DNA from: Orbicella franksi
Lineage: Eukaryota
DNA length: 64,000 nucleotides
Assembly: GCA_964199315.1 (NCBI GenBank)
Contig: OZ116710.1
Span: forward strand, 14,880,001 to 14,944,000
Reading direction: 5' to 3'
Shown here: piece after piece, positions 59,963-64,000 of the stretch
Position numbering within the stretch: the first letter of the stretch is position 1
How the letters are laid out: every line of letters starts with the position of its first letter
Made by a program: the position numbers and the translations under genes
Notes under the pieces: generated by a model
Database searches by the model: none
The model's input: only the letters and a program-made list of their open reading frames with translations
What the model was told of the DNA's origin: nothing

Positions 59963-61246
59963 AGGGATGCTGGGGTTTATGAGAAATATCGGATCTCGCT
60001 CTCTTTCTCAGCCTCACCGGGCCCTGGGTGTGAGAATGGGCACGTTTGATAGTAGGGTAATAATGGATTCTTCAAAGTGAGGTTTGTTGCGAGAAGAGTG
60101 GAATTGAAAACCACACTGATGTGATTTCGGACTGAGAAGATACATTACAATCATTCCATACATTGTTTTGATGCCATTTTACACAACCCATAGCCTCGAC
60201 CTGTGGACGCCACCATCATCGTTCTCGGGCCAAACTAGCTGGGAGCAATATCTAAAACAAAACCGGATTGGAATGAAAGCGGCAAACAGCGAACGAATTT
60301 CATACTATCGTGTCCCACAGAGATCAAGTTGAACATGAATTTATAGTGCAATATATTTGACCTATCAGAGCAACGTTGCAGTAAACAGAACAGTTATCCA
60401 AAAGCACTCCCTCATTTAATGAGAGAATCTCGTTGTTTTCTACAATCTTTCCCTGTTCGATGTAATTTTCCCTCATATATTCATTATTGTGTAAGTGAGA
60501 CATGTGAGCCCACGCGGCGATTTTCCGGATGAAAACAACAACAGAGGCGCGCAAAGAACATTGGTTGAAGGTGGTCCTCTAACCTAAAAAGAGAACTTCT
60601 GAAATACAGTGAAATCAAACAAACACTCGCTCGCGCAGACAAAACAGTACCACTTTATTCTATACCGAGGTACATATTTCACGAACACGTCAGATGAGTT
60701 TTTCAGCACCTTGTGACAAGGTTTCAAGTAGAGATGAAAAAAGCATTTCTTGTTCAATAGAAAACACATCTAGTCTATAAATTCAACATATAAAAAGACT
60801 GAAACTGTAAATTCAAATTCTCCTTATGAGTTATTCCCTTCTTTGATGATATTCTTCAACACTTAGTGTATTTTGCCGGCACGCACTTTAGGAAATAAAA
60901 ATTTCGGTCTATGCTCTATAAGACAAGCAATTTAAAAGATAAGTATTAATCCAACATCAAGGAAATTACTTACTTAAGAAAAGTTTTTGAAAAAGACTAT
61001 TGCATTGAGTAATCAGAATTCAATCTCCAATAGCAGACACAAACCCATGTTTCAGTTAACATCGAAACTTTGCTGACTTTTATAAATGTGAAAATTCCTT
61101 AGAAATATCCAAGCCATCGTACTCATGCCAAAGGTGCTTACTTTCTTTATATCCCTAGCTCAATTGTCATGCCACATATTCCTATATTAATACGATATCA
61201 GTGCAAACTATAACTAGTTCAGTTGTGTCATGCTCGGCTGTTGTTG

Positions 61247-62148
61247 CTAAGATTCATTCATATCGGACAGCAACATCGCCAGCTCGTCCCTGGAGAGCTT
61301 TCCGTCGTTATCCTTATCACTGACACCAAGAACGACATCCCTCATCTTTTCAAGTTCTTGACTATCGTCGGGTTCCTGAAACGATAACAAAAAAAAAAAA
61401 CGTCCAGTTACTGTAAGACTTATCAAAATGGCCGAGGGTCAGTATAGCAGGCTCCCAAGGACCATAGAGTTGTGTGCCTGGACGTCACATTCGGGGATAG
61501 TGTCTGCTGTGACTGTTAAGGCCGATGCAGGAATTGCAGTCATTTCCACAGTGCATGCGCACGAAGGCGAACGCTGTAGGAGGTCTGTGAACTTGGAGCT
61601 TAGCCTCCCTCCAGAGTCTTCTCTCTTCTGATTACTGTGGAGGTCCCTTTCGATCTTGGCTGGCCCGCTCTGCATCGTCTGTTAGCTTCAACTGCTTCCC
61701 CGGTGTTATGGCAAGCACCACATCAGGTGCCCTTGAAGCGAAGGAAAGGTCTTCCTATTGGTCTGTTTCCCGGCTGACGCATAGTGTAGTCAGGTGAAGA
61801 GGGCTTGTAAGAAAACACTAACTAACCGTAGGTCATTAAATGATTTTGGTTTTGCTGGTTCTATTATTACTGTTCTGGTTTTAAAGACAATTTAAATAGC
61901 CAAACAAATATTTTACATAAAGAAGAGGAGACATGAAGGAGGAGAGTAGTAGTATTTCCTTAGATGAACATTATGGGAAGCACAGTGCTTAAATAACGTT
62001 CTCAGTAGGAGCCTCCGCTCCTGACCAATGAACATCAAGCCATATTACGTTAAAAGCAAGAGTCTCCATGTCTTACCAGTCCCATCTTGATCATGACGTC
62101 ACGCAAGAGAACCAGCAACTCACTGCCTTCAATCTCGCCACTCTTGTC
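61247..62148 (-). CDS. Second calbindin/secretagogin-like gene, last two exons (gene continues off the right edge)
   Basis: Exon 62148-62077 (DKSGEIEGSELLVLLRDVMIKMGL; 72 nt, same size and phase as exon 10 of the plus-strand paralog) and exon 61375-61247 (EPDDSQELEKMRDVVLGVSDKDNDGKLSRDELAMLLSDMNES*), with canonical splice sites. Confidence 0.88.
61430..61800 (-). mobile_element. RTE-clade LINE 3' fragment in the last intron of the second calbindin-like gene
   Basis: The minus frame reads EERRLWREAKLQ...FVRMHCGNDCNSCIGLNSHSRH, matching the RTE C-terminal CxxCxxxCxSRIGLxSHxR pattern, with in-frame stops. Confidence 0.65.
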
Positions 62149-62283
62149 CTATAAAAACAGGGTAAAGAAAGGTAAAAAGGTAAAGTCTGCATACGAGCCT
62201 AGTGACCCACCAGGCCGGAGGTTGTCCCGGTTTTCGTAGCATGAAGCGACTAGGAGTATTTCTACTCCCCCCTGGATGGGATG

Positions 62284-64000
62284 CTTGAAAGCCTTACTAT
62301 CGAAATTAGCAAACCAAGAGCAAGTCTTTTATTGTTGCTACATGGTATAGACCTCCCAATTCACCTTTTGAATTATTTTCTGATTTTGAATCTTTTGTTG
62401 GAAAGCTGGATGCTGAAGGGAAAGAGTATTACCTTATCGGCGATCTTAATTGTAATATGCTTTCATCATCTCTGAATAATGTAAATACCCAGGCGTTACT
62501 AAACATTACTGATATTTACAATCTAAAACAACTTATTAATGAACCGACAAGAGTAACGCCTGTGAGTAGCACTTTAATTGATGTTATTTTCACTAGTCAC
62601 CGGACAATGTATCTTGCTCTGGAGTATCTCATGTCGGAATCAGTGACCATAGTTTGATTTATGTTTTTCGTAAAATTTCATTGCCATCCGCCGTCAAGGG
62701 AAATAGTACTGTTTCGTATAGGCAATTTAAAAATTTCGATCATCATAGGTTTCGGTCGGACATCTTGGTTCAACCGTGGGCTGATCTCATGGGAATGGAT
62801 AATCCCAATGAAATGTGGTCCAAATGGAAAACTTTGTTCTTAGTAGTGTGTGATCTGCATGCTCCACTCCACACTAAATACGTTCGTGCTTCTAAAAGTC
62901 CATGGATTACTCCTGAGCTTAAGAATTTGATGTATCGGAGAGATCGTCTTAAAATTAAGGCTTTGCGGACGGGCGATCCAAGTGATTGGAATAATTTTAA
63001 GAAGTTGCGTAATGAAGTGAACAATGAGATCAAGAATATAAAAAAGTCCTATAATTATGAAACTTTTGAAGCTTACAATGGAAATTCGCGCAAGACATGG
63101 GAAACTATCAATGAGGTGACACGCCGCAAATCGGATAAAGCTGCAATTAACGAGCTTGAGCTCAATGGAACGAGAATAACGAATTCGACCGAAATCGCAG
63201 AGGGTTTTAATAAATTTTTCGCAGAAATCGGTCCCGAACTGTCCAGGGATATAGAGGAAGTCGGCACCTCTTTCGATGAATATATTTACCAAACCAGCAA
63301 TTGTTTTAGTTTCCAGCGTGTGACTCAATCGCACGTTTTGTCCCACCTAAATAAATTATGCAAGAGAAAGGCTACAGGTCTCGATTCTGTGTCAGCAAGA
63401 CTTCTAAAAGAATGTCCGGATTTAATCTCCTGGTCACTCGCTCTGATATTCAATCAATCTATCGATACTGGTATTTTTCCTGATGAATGGAAAAATGCAA
63501 GAATCACGCCTCTTTTTAAGAAAGCAGGAAGTAGGAGTGATCCTTCTAATTATCGACCGATCTCGATTATCCCGGTTGTGGCCAAGGTTTTCGAGCGAAT
63601 TATTTATGATCAGTTGTATCATTACCTAAATGAAAATAATCTTCTCAGTAGACACCAATCCGGTTTTCGCTCGCTTCATTCTACAGTTACTGCATTGATT
63701 GAAGCGACTGATAATTGGTCTTTAAACATCGATCGTGGCTTTATTAATGCCGTCGTATTTTTAGATCTTAAGAAGGCTTTCGATACTGTGGATCACTCTA
63801 TTCTTCTCTCAAAATTACAAGCTTATGGTATTCAGGGTTCCACAAACCAATGGTTTTGCTCTTATTTAAAAAACCGAACCCAAACGTGTCTTGTAAACGG
63901 GAATAAATCGTCCAGAATGTTCCTTCGCTGTGGTGTTCCACAGGGAACGATTCTTGGGCCCCTTTTATTTCTATTGTATATAAATGATTTGCCAAATTGC
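62284..64000 (+). mobile_element. L2/CR1-type LINE ORF2 (AP endonuclease plus reverse transcriptase), truncated by the window edge
   Basis: WYRPPNS, LIGDLNCN, EPTRVT..STLIDVIF, GISDHSLIY, SPWITPELK, KATGLD, PSNYRPISIIPVVAKVFER, HQSGFRSLHST, VFLDLKKAFDTVDH, GVPQGTILGPLLFLLYINDL. The endonuclease part is frameshifted and the RT part is open. It lies antisense in an intron of the second calbindin-like gene. Confidence 0.95.

Noticed and set aside
61428-61675. 67 aa and 78 aa ORFs as a small gene or extra exon
   Set aside because: They are alternative frames of the decayed RTE fragment.

Overview
AT-rich, intron-containing animal genomic DNA. A cnidarian, probably a stony coral, is my inference from the gene set and repeat families. 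One assembly gap lies at 21053-21194. Host genes reconstructed by hand from splice sites and reading phase: a BRD7/BRD9-like gene (minus, runs off the left edge) head-to-head with a complete 12-exon SCCPDH; a complete 10-exon P4HTM-like EF-hand prolyl 4-hydroxylase (minus); an IRF transcription factor (minus; DNA-binding exon certain, downstream exons inferred); an intronless class A GPCR (minus); and a convergent pair of calbindin/calretinin/secretagogin-like hexa-EF-hand genes (one complete with 11 exons, one running off the right edge). Mobile DNA is dense and often nested: non-autonomous MADF-carrying Harbinger elements (one inserted in a Kolobok-type MITE whose empty-site paralog is also in the window), two Penelope-like pieces (one with an exact 5' inversion and a hammerhead ribozyme motif, one forming a ~260 bp-arm hairpin), a Crypton tyrosine-recombinase element split by a LINE, L2/CR1 and RTE LINE fragments, tRNA-derived SINEs and several MITEs. 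I found no wholly new biological system that the sequence supports. The best leads are the duplicated C-terminal motif and ISRE-like sites of the IRF locus, the calbindin pair with a duplicated alternative terminal exon, and the Penelope and Harbinger structures. All family assignments come from recalled motifs, not database searches.
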